From contig OZ024747.1 of the NCBI GenBank assembly GCA_964016885.1, positions 9,672,001 through 9,736,000 on the forward strand: 64,000 nucleotides of DNA, in the 5' to 3' direction. The notes beneath the pieces were generated by a model. It searched no databases. It had not been told where the DNA came from and saw nothing but the letters and a program-made list of their open reading frames with translations. Positions 1 to 13,361 of the stretch are shown here, piece after piece. Each line of letters opens with the position of its first letter. The first letter of the stretch is position 1. Position numbers and translations under genes: made by a program. This DNA is from Eledone cirrhosa. Lineage: Eukaryota.

Positions 1-39
1 TACTAAGGGCTGAGGAAATAAATTTATAGAAGATTTACT

Positions 40-370
40 GTGTGGAACTGGGTGACACTGTTATTAGAAGGGACAAGTTAATTGGCCACACCAAACCCTT
101 CTCACAACGGAACCATAGTTTGGGAGCTACAACCACATTTGTAGTGTAGGAACAAGATGACACTTTTATGAGAAGGTACAAGCCAGTTGGCCACACCAAA
201 CCCTTCTCACAACGGAACCATAGTTTGGGAGCTACAACCACATTTGTAGTGTAGGAACAAGATGACACTTTTATGAGAAGGTACAAGCCAGTTGGCCACG
301 CTGAACCCTTCTCACAGCAGAACCATAATTCGAGAGCTGCAACCACATTTTCATGGAACAGGATGACACC
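40..370. repeat. 105-bp tandem repeat, about 3 copies
   Basis: TTGGCCAC anchors at 82, 187 and 292 (period 105); explains the 35-aa periodicity of ORF 35..346. Confidence 0.85.
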
Positions 371-502
371 ACTATCTTCTTATAAATGTCTTTCCTCAGT
401 GCTTCGTAAGTTAAATGTTTGAGCTTCGCCCTCTATGTTTATTAATATTTTCAAAAGCTATTTGATTCAGTTCCTGAATTTATATGGTAAGATGTTATCA
501 GA

Positions 503-570
503 GGTCCCTTAGTTCATTGGTTAGAGCACTCAGTCAGTATCTGAGAAATACAAGGTTTGATTCTTCGTAG
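503..570 (+). pseudogene. Degenerate tRNA-like sequence (tRNA pseudogene or SINE head, Thr-AGT-like)
   Basis: A-box-like TAGTTCATTGGTTAGAGC, anticodon-like stem CTCAG-tcagtat-CTGAG, B-box-like GGTTTGATTC; no good acceptor stem. Confidence 0.4.
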
Positions 571-730
571 CAGTTGCTGACATCTTTTTCCATCTCTAAG
601 GAATCTTTACCCTATTTCTATAAGCTACCATATCACAACTGACTGTAATTTCAATTATTTTCTGGGCTTGAACAACCTACATCAATAAATATGATTCTAT
701 TATTTTCATGACACAATGATGATGAGGGTT

Positions 731-870
731 GGGTGATTGTCAGAATTGTTAGAGCATCAGGAAAAATGGGTGATTGTCAGAATTGTTAGAGCATCAGGAA
801 AAATGCTTTACATTTTAAATTCAAATCCTGCCAAGGTCAACTTTGATTTTCGTCCTTTGACAATCAATAA
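731..870 (+). mobile_element. Decayed SINE family A copy with a 37-bp tandem duplication of its head
   Basis: GGGTGATTGTCAGAATTGTTAGAGCATCAGGAAAAAT twice (731, 768), then TTCAAATCCTGCCAAGGTCAACTTTG matching family A. Confidence 0.6.
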
Positions 871-1336
871 GATAACTTAAGATTTAGAAATTTAACTAAC
901 TTTCTCATTATTAAGCTGGTGTTTGGAACATAAGTTAACATAGGTTCTTCCATAAAAGTATGATTGAAGGTTTCAATTTAAATATAAACACTTGAAAACA
1001 AACAGTATCATAGAACCAGGAGGAGTTTCAGACAGTTTAATGTTAAAAGGGTTAAATTGACTTTTTACTTTCCCTAAAATTGTTGGCCTTGTGCTTATAT
1101 TAGAAACCCCTGTTTTCATGACCCACTGCTTGGGAACCACTGTGTTATGGAATATAAACTGGTTGACAGGCATTTTTTTTATTATTTACACCTAGTTAGT
1201 ATAAACCAAATAATGTACTGGGATAGATTTAATGACTTCCCCCACATCCAAATTGCTGGCCTTGTGCCTAGAGTAGAAATCATTATTATTATTATTATTA
1301 TCATATCCTAATTTCGATAGCAAAATTAAAGAGGGG

Positions 1337-1377
<41 letters not shown>

Positions 1378-2081
1378 AAAATACATCTTGTGAAAAAAGT
1401 ATGAAAGTAAACATAAGCTGGTAGTTAAGATTCTGTAGATATTATTTCAGTGAGAATAACTAAACAGAGTTTAGTGCAACTTCAGAACATATATATGTAT
1501 CTATACTATAGGGGATTCCTTAGAAAAACATCTAAAGGCTTGTTTCTTCCAAAAGCAGATTGCTGTTATATGAGAATGCACAAAAAACATCTTGGCAGAA
1601 TCTTGAGTAAAATGGATTCCTACCATTGCTATATTTTGATAGGGTTGATTTAGTGACATGACTGATTTATAAATTGTTGGCAATTTAAGGTATATAAACA
1701 CACACACACACACATATATACACACACATATACACACACACACAGGGTATCTCCTAAAAAGAATGGTGTTGAAATGTGTATACATTTTAAGGGGACTCCC
1801 TGTATATTTATAGATATATAGTTTTATGTATATATAATAGAACTATGTGTATATATATGTGTGTGTGTGTGTGTATAGTTCAAGAATAAACAAAACAAAT
1901 ACAGAGATATAAAAACACGAAGTTCACACTATTTATATCAATGTATTATTGATGGACGTGAGAAAAAGTACTCAATACCAAAGGAGAGATTAAATATTCA
2001 TTTATTATGACTAAGTAGTGAGGCAGATGAAACTACTTCACCATAATAACCTAATAAATTAATATATATATTTATATACAT

Positions 2082-2155
<74 letters not shown>

Positions 2156-2439
2156 CATTAATAAGATCAGAGGCAATATGCAGTTGATTTAGGTTTATGT
2201 ATATCTCCAAGATACATATTTCACTGAGGACTACCAATTCTGATAGCCTAAGCTTTTCATATGGCATAAAACCTTCCTCGAAAAAATGTTTTCCTTTTCG
2301 TGATACAAAGGACAGCAGAATATGTTGATGTTGTTTCTTTACTGGCTGGTTCATGTAAGACCCCTAGGTTGAGGGAGACTGTGTGTGGGTCAATCTCTAT
2401 TCCACATTACTACCACTGAATATTGACAATAGTAGATCC

Positions 2440-2560
2440 CTCACATGGGTCTCCAATCAGATCAATTGGAGATGGTTGTTTCTGACAAGATCCACTGGAA
2501 GGTGTATTTAAGGACTCTACATTCAAGACCTTCCCAAGAGTAAGTGGGCAAAGAAGAAGG
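2440..2560 (+). mobile_element. 3' end fragment of an RTE-like LINE
   Basis: Translates to QLEMVVSDKIHWK...RPSQE*, ending AAGTGGGCAAAGAAGAAG; related copies at about 40090-40226 (+) and 40685-40810 (-). Confidence 0.5.
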
Positions 2561-2729
2561 GTATACAAATCTATTAGCATCACACCCAGATATCTGTCTT
2601 AAGGATCATTCTTGTTTTACAGAGGACTGGATCTGGTACAGAAACAGTCTAGTGGATGTTTTGATAACAGAAGTTTAAACATGGATTTATAAAAGAGGAA
2701 AATATATGTAGGGCAGGTAAAATTCCTGA

Positions 2730-3040
2730 TATCCATGGACGACTTCTCTCCAGCAGTCTGTGTTCATCATCATCATCACCACTATGTCCTGCAGCTACCA
2801 GAGACCAGTGTCTGTCCTTAGAGCATCAACATATGTCATCCTCGGTCACGCTTTTTCAGTGTGTCCATGTAGGGGTTCCCACAGGACCACTGAGTGCAGT
2901 TTCAACTCTGAATGTTGGTGAACATGTCCAGCTAACCTCAGTCTTATCTGTATCACTTTCGAGGTGGCTTTTGGGAGGCTCCCATACAGCTCTAAGTTCT
3001 TCATCCTCAGTTCTGAGATGGAAATATGTCTTGTTTAAAT
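2730..3040 (-). mobile_element. RTE-clade LINE C-terminal remnant
   Basis: Minus-strand translation NLELYGSLPKATSKVIQIRLRLAGHVHQH...VLWEPLHGH...PRMTYVDALRTDTGL with stops; matches the RTE tail pattern RLRxAGH / WxPxHG / TYxDxL. Confidence 0.75.
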
Positions 3041-3444
3041 AACTGTGAAACTGGATTAGTTAGCCATGTAGAAATGTGAGATACTGTCAGACAGTATATA
3101 TAATAGTACAACCTGGATATACACCTCTGGAGTTACATTAGCTAGCAACAGGTATGATGATATCATTTGATCTGCTAAATATAACAATCAACAAGACCCC
3201 TATTATCTTTGAAATAGACCCCATGTAAGAGAGTGTAGCAGGTTCTATATAAGTTAACATATTCAATGAAGAAGTGAAGTCATTTTCAACAAATTCCCAA
3301 CTGCAAATAAAACCTATGTAAGAGCAGAATCTTGTATATGGTTTCTGAATACATTCAATATAGCTTCTATATCTCTCTTGTAAGAGCTTCTCTCCCTCTC
3401 TCTCTCTCTCTTTCTCTCTTTCTGTCTCTTTCTTTATATATATA

Positions 3445-3489
<45 letters not shown>

Positions 3490-4349
3490 GGTGTCCTAAA
3501 AAGATGTATACACACTTCAACAGCATTCTAATAAATATTGCCTGTACAGGTAATCAAAGTGTGTATACATTTTGGGGGTTCACCCAGTGTATACATATAT
3601 TTCTCTCTTTCTCTCTCTCAATGTTTGGGGTCCTTTGTTACAGCTGTGAACATCCCATATTTTTCTTTCACCAAACATAATATATCTAGGTTTACATTAT
3701 CAAAAGGCTCCTAATCCTATTTTTTTTAAAGGTTGTAGGAAATGAATTGAGGGAAATGTTGCTGCTATTTCTAGCAGGTTGCGTAGCGACTATTTTTAGC
3801 GAAATGTTTTCATTATAAGGAATATTTTTTATACCCCGTGAATTACGTTATAATGGAATTTCACTATAATCACTCAGGTGCGCTACATATATTTGAGTAT
3901 TTAAAAATAAAATAATAAATTATCAGAGGGTTGATAATATTTTTCAGTGTCTCAATCATGTATTGAGAAGCAACGGTTTATCTCAATCGATTCTAAAACA
4001 CTAACACCATTACACATTTGTGGTTTTGTGCGCTGCCAAAGAAATCAGAACTGCGACATATCAAGGGAGACAACTGCTGATGCCTTCCTCGAATCAGTTA
4101 TACAAATCGCGAAATTTTAAAAAGTCTTCCTAAAATACACGCAAAGCTTCAGAAGATTTGAGGCAAGGAAGAGAAAAAAAAGTTAAAAACGGCATGAACT
4201 TCACAACAACCTCATTTCATTCATCTCTGACTGAAATAATATCAATGAATCTGTCTTGTTCATGTAAGAAATCATATTTTCTCTATCTCTTAATTTATTA
4301 ATAATCAATTAATTATTTTTAATTATTTATTATTATTATTTTTTTTATA

Positions 4350-4650
4350 GCGTCGGACAATATGCTTTACGGCATAGAGTTACAGCCCTTTAAGTTCTAA
4401 ACTCAAATACTGTCGAGGTTAGCAAGTACTAGCAACACATTGGGGTCGATTTATTCGACATCCCCCTCACCCCAAAATTGTTGGCCTTGTATCTATATCA
4501 GAAACAATTATTAAATCCCGCCGAGGTTAACTTTGCCTTTCATCCTTACGGGGTCGATAAAATAAAGTACCAGTAACGTACTGGGTCGATTTAATCAACT
4601 TTCCCCTCCCCCAAAATTGCTGGCCTTGTGCCTATATAAGAAACCATTTA
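4350..4650 (+). mobile_element. SINE family A, two adjacent partial copies
   Basis: Family core AAATCCCGCCGAGGTTAACTTTGCCTTTCATCCTTACGGGGTCGATAAAATAAAGTACCAG and tail AATTGCTGGCCTTGTGCC. Confidence 0.8.
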
Positions 4651-5116
4651 TTCTTTATCAGTCTGAGAGATGAGCTGGTTTAATTCTAGAACTTGTAAAC
4701 ATTGCTCTGTCTTCCTAGCATCTTTAATGACTTCTTCAGCAAGAGTTGTCTCTCTTTATTTCAACCTCTTTGTCATTTGTAGAGGGAGGGGGGAGACATG
4801 CACTTTCCAACAGCACAGACCTGCTATCTACATATAAGGTGAAACATGTAACAGCCTCATACATACACATGCATATACATGTACATACATACATACACAT
4901 ACATAAAGATACATAAAGATACATAAAGGTACATACATATATACATACATACATACACACACAGACACACATACATACTCATACATACGCACACGTCTAC
5001 TGTGTAGGTTATGAAGTGGTAGAAGTAAGAAAGGAATAAGTTATGTTTTGAAATGTTTATCACAGAACAACATAGAGGGTGAATTGAGAGGGTGAAGAAC
5101 ATTTCACCTCCCTTAC

Positions 5117-5155
<39 letters not shown>

Positions 5156-5347
5156 ATCATCATCATCATCATCATCACTATCATCACCGTTTTACGTCCG
5201 TTCTTCCACACTAGCATGGGTTAGACGGGTTGTCCTGTTGTGGGCAGTGCCCGGTCGGCTGACTTTGTCTTGATCATACAGGAACTGATTCTGGCTTGAT
5301 TTCTACAGCTGGATGCCCTTCCTAACACCAACCTCATTTACAGTGAG

Positions 5348-5378
<31 letters not shown>

Positions 5379-5551
5379 TAATAAAAACAAGGAATAAAAA
5401 CAAAGAAACAGTTCCTTATATTATGTGACTCTGTTTTCCTGTTATTTTCATTGAAAAAATGTTTGAATACATCTTCTCTTTTCATGATATTTGGATTACA
5501 TTGAGTTCTTCATACGGATTGGACACTACCATATATTTTGGTAGATTTATC

Positions 5552-5585
<34 letters not shown>

Positions 5586-5770
5586 CAGAGAGAGAGAGAG
5601 GACCATATATCTGTGAGAAAACACAGTGAGCTGGTTTATTGGGAAACTCAAAAATCACACATATTTATTATGTTTTGATTCTTCACATTTATATATTATA
5701 TAAATATATATAATATATATATATAAATATATATAATATATATAATATATAATATATATAAATATATATA

Positions 5771-5804
<34 letters not shown>

Positions 5805-6659
5805 AAGTATAAATATGTGTGTGAACAGAAAAACCAGGTTAGTGTACTATTCAAGCAGTACAACTGTTATTAGCAGCAGTAAATACAGCAGTAATCAGTG
5901 TAAGACTTAACAGAAATCTCCCTGGACATGAAAGGGAGGTGAGTTATATTGTTCTGGGCTAGGAACCACTTCCTATCACATAAACAGTCACCCCCCTTCC
6001 CGAAATGATGACAGGTCAAGAAGCTTTCCTTTATTATCTTATATCATTGAATTGGGTCCTAATGTTATCCAAAAACTCACCCCAGATATCTCCCTAGATC
6101 CCTAAATCATGGTAATGAGGCCTCCTGTAATACCCCCCCCCCCACCCACATCACCCATCTCTAGTATTAGTCAGATTGGATCTTATTGTTATCCCCAAAA
6201 CTGACCCTAAACTGACCCTAAATATCTCCCTAGATCCCTAAAAAACTGTAATGAAAGCCCCTGTAATATCCCCCACCCCATCTTTAGTATTAGTCAGATT
6301 GGGTCTTATTGTTATCCCCAAAACTGACCACAGATATCTCCCTAGATCCCTAAAACACTGTAATGAAGGCCCCTGTAATACCCCCCCCCCCCATCTCTAG
6401 CATTAGTCAGCCATGTCCAATCAGAATTATGATTCATTCACATTTCTTACTTTTTCTCAAAAACACCTGCAATTCTGCACTTTTCCATATTGTTAGCATT
6501 GCTCTTACTCGCTCTCTCTCTCTCACCTTATATACTCTCTCTCTCTCTCTCCCTCTTTCCCTTATATACTCTCTCTCTCCCCCTTATATACTCTCTCTCT
6601 CCCCCTCTTTCCCTTATATACTCTCTCTCTCCCCCTCTTTCCCTTACATACTCTCTCTC

Positions 6660-7380
6660 CCCCTCTCTTCTTACTCTTGCTCTCCCTCTCTTCTTACTCT
6701 TGCTCTCCCTCTCTTCTTACTCTTGCTCTCCCTCTCTTCTTACTCTTGCTCTCCCTCTCTTCTTACTCTTGCTCTCCCTCTCTTTTTACTCTTGCTCTCC
6801 CTCTCTTCTTACTCTTGCTCTCCCTCTCTTCTTACTCTTGCTCTCCCTCTCTTCTTACTCTTGCTCTCCCTCTCTTCTTACTCTTGCTCTCCCTCTCTTC
6901 TTACTCTTGCTCTCCCTCTCTTCTTACTCTTGCTCCCCCTCTCTTCTTACTCTTGCTCTCCCTCTCTTCTTACTCTTGTTCTCCCTCTCTTCTTACTCTT
7001 GCTCTCCCTCTCTTCTTACTCTTGCTCTCCCTCTCTTCTTACTCTTGCTCTCCCTCTCTTCTTACTCTTGCTCTCCCTCTCTTCTTACTCTTGCTCTCCC
7101 TCTCTTCTTACTCTTGCTCTCCCTCTCTTCTTACTCTTGCTCTCCCTCTCTTCTTACTCTTGCTCTCCCTCTCTTCTTACTCTTGCTCTCCCTCTCTTTT
7201 TACTCTTGCTCTCCCTCTCTTCTTACTCTTGCTCTCCCTCTCTTCTTACTCTTGCTCTCCCTCTCTTCTTACTCTTGCTCTCCCTCTCTTCTTACTCTTG
7301 CTCTCCCTCTCTTCTTACTCTTGCTCTCCCTCTCTTTTTACTCTTGCTCTCCCTCTCTTCTTACTCTTGCTCTCCCTCTC
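6660..7380. repeat. 23-bp pyrimidine-rich minisatellite (CTCCCTCTCTTCTTACTCTTGCT)n, about 31 copies, decaying into (CT)n variants
   Basis: Direct reading of the unit; all three + frames are open only because the unit lacks stops. Confidence 0.92.
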
Positions 7381-8184
7381 TTCTTACTCTCTCTCTCCCT
7401 CCTTACTCTCTCTCTCTCTCCCGCTCTTCTTACTCTCTCTATCTCCCGCTCTTCTTACTCTCTCTCTCTCCCCCTCTCTTCTTACTCTCTCCCCCTCTCT
7501 TCTTACTCTCTCTCTCTCTCCCCCTCTCTTCTTACTCTCTCTCTCCCTCTCTTCTTACTCTCTCTCTCCCTCTCTTCTTACTCTCTCTCTCCCTCTCTTC
7601 TTACTCTCTCTCTCCCTCTCTTCTTACTCTCTCTCATCCTCTCTTTTTACTCTACCTTCTTACTCTCCTTTTATTCTCCCCTTCCATATTGTTAGCATTT
7701 CTCTTACTCTCTCTCTCTCTCTTCTAACTCTCTCTCTCTCTTCTAACTCTCTCTCCCTCTTCTTACTTTCTCTCTCCCTCTATTCTTACTCTCTCTCTCC
7801 CTTCTTACTCTCCCCTCACCTACTTATTCTCCCACCCACCCTGCTCTTCCTTTCACTCCATCCCATTTACACACTCCTTTACTCTCTCCCCACCCCCTCT
7901 CTCTATCTGTCATTACTCCCCCTCCCGCCATACTCTCCCTCCTATGGAATATTCCAGTTATATTTTCCACATGGTTTCCAAACAAGCCGAACAAATCAAA
8001 CAAGTTACATTAATTACTCTCGTCTCAGCATTCTATGTCTGCACTCTATCTCCCACCATATTGGATTATATATATATATGTATATATATGATATATATAC
8101 TATATATATATATATAATATATATGTATATATATGATATATATACTATATATATATACTATATATATATATAATATATATATAA

Positions 8185-8673
8185 TTGTTTCAAATTTGGC
8201 ACAAGGCCAGCAATTACCCAGTGTATTACTGGTACTTTATTTTATCGACCCCGAAAGGATGAAAGGCAAAGTTAACCTCGGCGGGATTTGAACTCAGAAT
8301 GGCAAGGGCCGTAACTCTATGCATCAAAGCATGGCGTCAAACCCTCTACCGATCAGTAAGGTTGCTAGGATGCGTCCATAGGCGGTATGCCAGTTGAGCA
8401 TTCTATGCTCCTTCGGAGCAGAGTATAATAATAATAATAATTGTTTCTACTTTAGGCACAAGGCCAGCAATTACCCAGTGCATTACTGGTACTTTATTTT
8501 ATCGACCCCGTAAGGATGAAAGGCAAAGTCAACCTCGGCGGAATTTGAACTCAGATCGTATAATAATAATAATTGTTTCTACTTTTGGCACAAGGCCAGC
8601 AATTGCCCAGTGTATTACTGGTACTTTATTTTATCGACCCCGTAAGGATGAAAGGCAAAGTTAACCTCGGCGG
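8185..8673 (-). mobile_element. Cluster of three SINE family A copies
   Basis: Reverse complement of the family A core at about 8185-8360, 8440-8560 and 8570-8673. Confidence 0.85.
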
Positions 8674-8901
8674 GAATAATATTAGAGAAAGAGGATTTGC
8701 TTCGAAATCATTAGACGTATCTGAGGAACTTGCAAATCCAGAGTCAGGTTCGATCTAGGTCCAGATCCAGGTTCGATACACAAACACATCACACCTCGAG
8801 CTGTCCGTCAAAGAAACAATTGTAATACATAATAAACTGTGTTCCAATGCGTCAATGATTCTTCGTTTTCCATATTATTATTACTGTACATATATATGTG
8901 T

Positions 8902-8929
<28 letters not shown>

Positions 8930-8932
<3 letters not shown>

Positions 8933-9073
8933 GGAAAAGAGTTAGGACCCCGGCAGCTGAGCTCTGGCTGTTTCGACAGCTAGATCCGATCTATTACCCA
9001 CTCTACTACCCTAAGTATTGAGTATTCTGGTGTGTTATGGTCCACCTGGTATCTCACCACACCCTCTTTGTTA
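8930..9073 (+). mobile_element. Short Penelope-terminus-like repeat inserted in (TA)n
   Basis: CCCACTCTACTACCCTAAGTATTGAGTA...GGTCCA shared with 63468-63545; head shared with 27143-27205 and 63328-63390. Confidence 0.55.
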
Positions 9074-9084
9074 TATATATATAT

Positions 9085-10372
9085 ATAGTGAAAGAGTGAA
9101 GAATAACATGGTCAACAGTACAAAAAAGGGATTTATTTACAGTCTGACAATTGTTTCACTGATTAAGTTGTCTAAAAATTGCTGAACACATGAAGCAGTG
9201 CCACTCAATTTCAAATACGATGTTGACTTAATCAGATCATCGGAGATAACTGCTATATGTTCAGTAATTTTACAAATTCAAATTACAGCATCATTAATAA
9301 TATTAATAATATTAATAATAAAGATAGAGAGAAAAAAGAAAGAAAAAAAAGAAAAAAAAAGAAAGGAAAACAGAGAAAGATATAGAGAGAAAAAAAGACA
9401 GAGAGAAAGGAGGATAGAAAGTTGTAGTGCACCCGAGCACTTTACACAATAATTTCATTATTATTATTATCATTATTATTATAAAGGAGAAATAAAGGTA
9501 GAGAAAAATAAAGGTAGAGAAAAATAAAAATAAAGGGAAAATAATGATATCAACAATAAATTAATAAATGTTAATACATGAATAAATACAAGAATAAATA
9601 CAAATAAATAAATAAGTGTTAATAAAGAAGTTACATCGAGGATGATATAAGGCAATACAAAATATGAAAATAAATAAATAAAAAATGTGCGATGAAGAGT
9701 AAACTTAGTAAAATTATTGAGAGTGGTTATAGTTTTGGTGTTTAAAATATAGAGCTAAGAAGCTATAAACATGATAATGTTAAATATATTTATGTTTGTA
9801 TTGGTTATTTCAATAAATTAATTATATAATTAATTAATTAATTGATTAATTAGTTGTAAGTTATATTAGAAGTGAAAATAATATGATAAGATAAAATACG
9901 ATAAGTGCAGAGATGAAATAAATTTAGGGAGAGAAATAGAAAGATAGAAAGTGAAAGATAGAGATATATAAAATATGAATATAAAATATAAGAGGTTGTG
10001 ATGTTGGTTCATTGATAGATGATGACAATTATAATAATAATGATGATAATAGGATATTATAATAGATCTAAGTGGTACAATTTGAGTTATGGAATAGATT
10101 GGATGAATTAAGCTGGTCTAAAGTTCTCAAATTTGGTCGCTGTTTTATGCCTACAGAAAATAGTTCTTTCAATTTTACTGTTAAGTAGCATTTTGTTGTA
10201 ATTTAAAATTTGGAAAAGCTCCATATTACAAAGACCACAGTGGGACATGCCAATTCTATTGGCTATTGCCGTTGATAACTTCGTCCAGCTGATTTTATAT
10301 TCCAGGTTTGCATCTCTGAGTTGTCAGATTTTATTGGCGAGTATTGTTGTATTCATGAGCTTCCTGTTATAT
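9085..10372 (-). mobile_element. 5'-truncated Penelope-like element: GIY-YIG C-terminal remnant, AT-rich 3' region and terminal repeat
   Basis: 10372 down to 10108 reads NTTILANKI*QLRDANLEYKISW...CGLCNMELFQILNYNKMLLNSKIERTIFCRHK, the PLE endonuclease tail pattern (IWxLK, CxLC, LLN, CRH), with W changed to stop at 10324-10326; hammerhead-like motif at the 3' end. Confidence 0.8.
9140..9252 (-). ncRNA. Degenerate type I hammerhead ribozyme with large loop II
   Basis: Minus strand: CCGAUGA, stem CUGAUUAAGU/ACUUAAUCAG, GAAA CAAUUG UC; core has U4 to C. Confidence 0.55.
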
Positions 10373-10630
10373 ATTGTAAATATAGCATTTTCAAATAATT
10401 GGATGTACAACTCCCTTGAAACATGTGTAAGGAAACAAACATTGAAACAAACAGAAGTTGATTTTTTTCATCTATACACTTGTTTATGTTGTAAATATAT
10501 ATATTTACAACATAAACAAGTGTATAGATGAAAATAGCAACTATCTTTTTAAAACATGTTTGTTTCCTTACACATGTTTCAAGGGAGTGGTGCATCCAAT
10601 TATTTGAAAATGCTATATTTACAATATATA
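10368..10630. repeat. About 260-bp near-perfect palindrome (fold-back)
   Basis: Outer arms of about 70 bp (ATATTGTAAATATAGCATTTTC...GGAAACAAACA and its reverse complement) and inner palindrome 10464-10534 centred on a TA run. Confidence 0.9.
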
Positions 10631-10799
10631 GATATTTATATATATATATATCATCATCATCATTACATATATATAACAAAAGGAGGGGAGGGGAATGTGT
10701 GCATCACGGGTGACATCATAATATTGACAATAAAACAAACAATAAAAAACTCTTTGGTTATCGGTTTTTGAAATGGACTTGTATAAACATATTATCTCA

Positions 10800-10869
<70 letters not shown>

Positions 10870-11399
10870 TATATATATATATGTATGTATACATATATAC
10901 ATTCATATATATATATATACATATGCAAGCATCTGCATTCACATACTCACATACAGATACACACGTACACATACACACACATACACACACATGTACATAT
11001 ACACATATATACACACATACATATACACACACACTCATATATATATACACACATACACACACATGTACATATACACACACAAGTCCATATACACATATAC
11101 ATATACACACATGCACACACATGTATTTATATACACATGTAGACATGTATATTTAAGAGTAAGCATGTTAGGTTCACCATCAATACCCCCCCCCCCCCCC
11201 CCCGATACCCCCATCACCACCACCGCCACCCATTCCTACCCCACTCCGCCACCGATACCCCCACCCCCACCACCACCCATCTGTCTGCTCTACATAGCTC
11301 AAGTTTAGTAATCAATCAATATATATATAGATCTTTAACCAATGATATGAGATACTCTGAGCCAATATTTGATCTCTGTTAATCTCACTATTCTATTGA

Positions 11400-12260
11400 T
11401 CCACACATTTGATCTTATACCAGTAATTACCACACATCTGATCTAATGTAACATCTTATACCAGTAATTACCACACATTTGATCTAATGTAACATCTTAT
11501 ACCAGTAATTACCACACATTTGATCTAATGTAACATCTTATACCATTAATTACCACACATTTGATCTAATGTAACATCTTATACCATTAATTACCACACA
11601 TTTGATCTAATGTAACATCTTATACCAGTAATTACCACACATTTGATCTAATGTAACATCTTATACCAGTAATTACCACACATTTGATCTAATGTAACAT
11701 CTTATACCAGTAATTACCACACATTTGATCTAATGTAACATCTTATACCAGTAATTACCACACATTTGATCTAATGTAACATCTTATACCAGTAATTACC
11801 ACACATTTGATCTAATGTAACATCTTATACCAGTAATTACCACACATTTGATCTAATGTAACATCTTATACCAGTAATTACCACACATTTGATCTAATGT
11901 AACATCTTATACCAGTAATTACCACACATTTGATCTAATGTAACATCTTATACCATTAATTACCACACATTTGATCTAATGTAACATCTTATACCAGTAA
12001 TTACCACACATTTGATCTAATGTAACATCTTATACCAGTAATTACCACACATTTGATCTAATGTAACATCTTATACCAGTAATTACCACACATTTGATCT
12101 AATGTAACATCTTATACCAGTAATTACCACACATTTGATCTAATGTAACATCTTATACCAGTAATTACCACACATTTGATCTAATGTAACATCTTATACC
12201 AGTAATTACCACACATTTGATCTAATGTAACATCTTATACCAGTAATTACCACACATTTG
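11400..12260. repeat. 41-bp minisatellite, about 21 copies
   Basis: Unit CACACATTTGATCTAATGTAACATCTTATACCAGTAATTAC; CCAGTAATTA at 11461 and 11502. Confidence 0.95.
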
Positions 12261-12645
12261 TTCGTTTGATTTATTTTTAATCTCTTGCTACCAGGAATTG
12301 TTTCTGATTGTCTTGGTTTTCCTCTTCCTCTTCCTCCTCTTTCTCCTCCTCTTCTTCATACTCCTCCTCCTCCTACACTTCCTCCTCTTTCTCCTCCCCT
12401 TCATACTCCTCCTACACTTCCTCCTCTTTCTCCTCCTCTTCTTCACACTTCCTTCTCCTCCCCTTCACACTCTTCCTTCTCCTCCCCCTCTTCACACTCT
12501 TCCTTCTCCTCCCCTTCCTCCTCCTTCTCCTCCACTTCCTCCTTCTCTCCCTCCTCCTTCTCTTCCTCCTCCTCCCCTCTTCTCCCTCTTCCTCTTCCGT
12601 ATATATATATATAAAAGATGGACGGACGTTAAACGATGATGATGA

Positions 12646-12689
<44 letters not shown>

Positions 12690-12692
12690 ATA

Positions 12693-12945
12693 TCATCATC
12701 ATCATCATACGTCTGCTTTTCCCTGCTTGCAAGGGTGGGACGGGAACTGATTCTGGCTTGATTTCTACAGCTGGATGCCCTTCCTAACACTAACCTCATT
12801 TACAGTGAGTGCTGGGTGCTTTTTTGCCGTGGCACCTCCACGTCCACTTTGCAGTGGAATGATAGGGACCCCAGTCCCTATCATCTCATTTCTACAGCTG
12901 AGTAAACTGGAGCAATGTGAAATAAAGTGTCTTGCTCAAGGAAAC
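12693..12945 (-). mobile_element. SINE family B, 5'-truncated
   Basis: Reverse complement of the family B body and (ATG)n tail. Confidence 0.85.
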
Positions 12946-13116
12946 ATATATATCTGTATATATATATATATATTAAAATAACAGATTAAAGTTTAAGCAA
13001 AGAATCGCTGCTTTCACCCTTAACGGGATATTAACGCTCTACGGTTCTTATATATCTGATATATATTTATCCTTATCGAGCCCTCTTTGGATTTTAGTCT
13101 TCAAATTTATTATTAT

Positions 13117-13178
<62 letters not shown>

Positions 13179-13278
13179 CTATACGAGCGAGACACAGTCA
13201 CCCGATCAATCTTGCCTCAAGTGGGACAATTGCTGTCTAACCCATGCTAGCGTCGAAGATAGACGTTAAACAATGATG

Positions 13279-13321
<43 letters not shown>

Positions 13322-13361
13322 TTCAAAATATTAACAAAATAGATATTCCTGTGATCAAGTA

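Noticed and set aside
35-346. 35-aa repeat ORF with Cys and Trp
   Set aside because: 105-bp tandem repeat; no domain match recognised and no splice evidence.
6363-8173. Three overlapping 400-500 aa Leu/Ser ORFs
   Set aside because: Produced by a stop-free 23-bp pyrimidine minisatellite open in all three frames.
8680-8760. Minus-strand peptide IEPDSGFASSSDTSNDFEANP, similar to EPDSGYSS in the large exon
   Set aside because: Very short, preceded by an in-frame TAG without a pyrimidine tract and cut by a SINE; probably chance.
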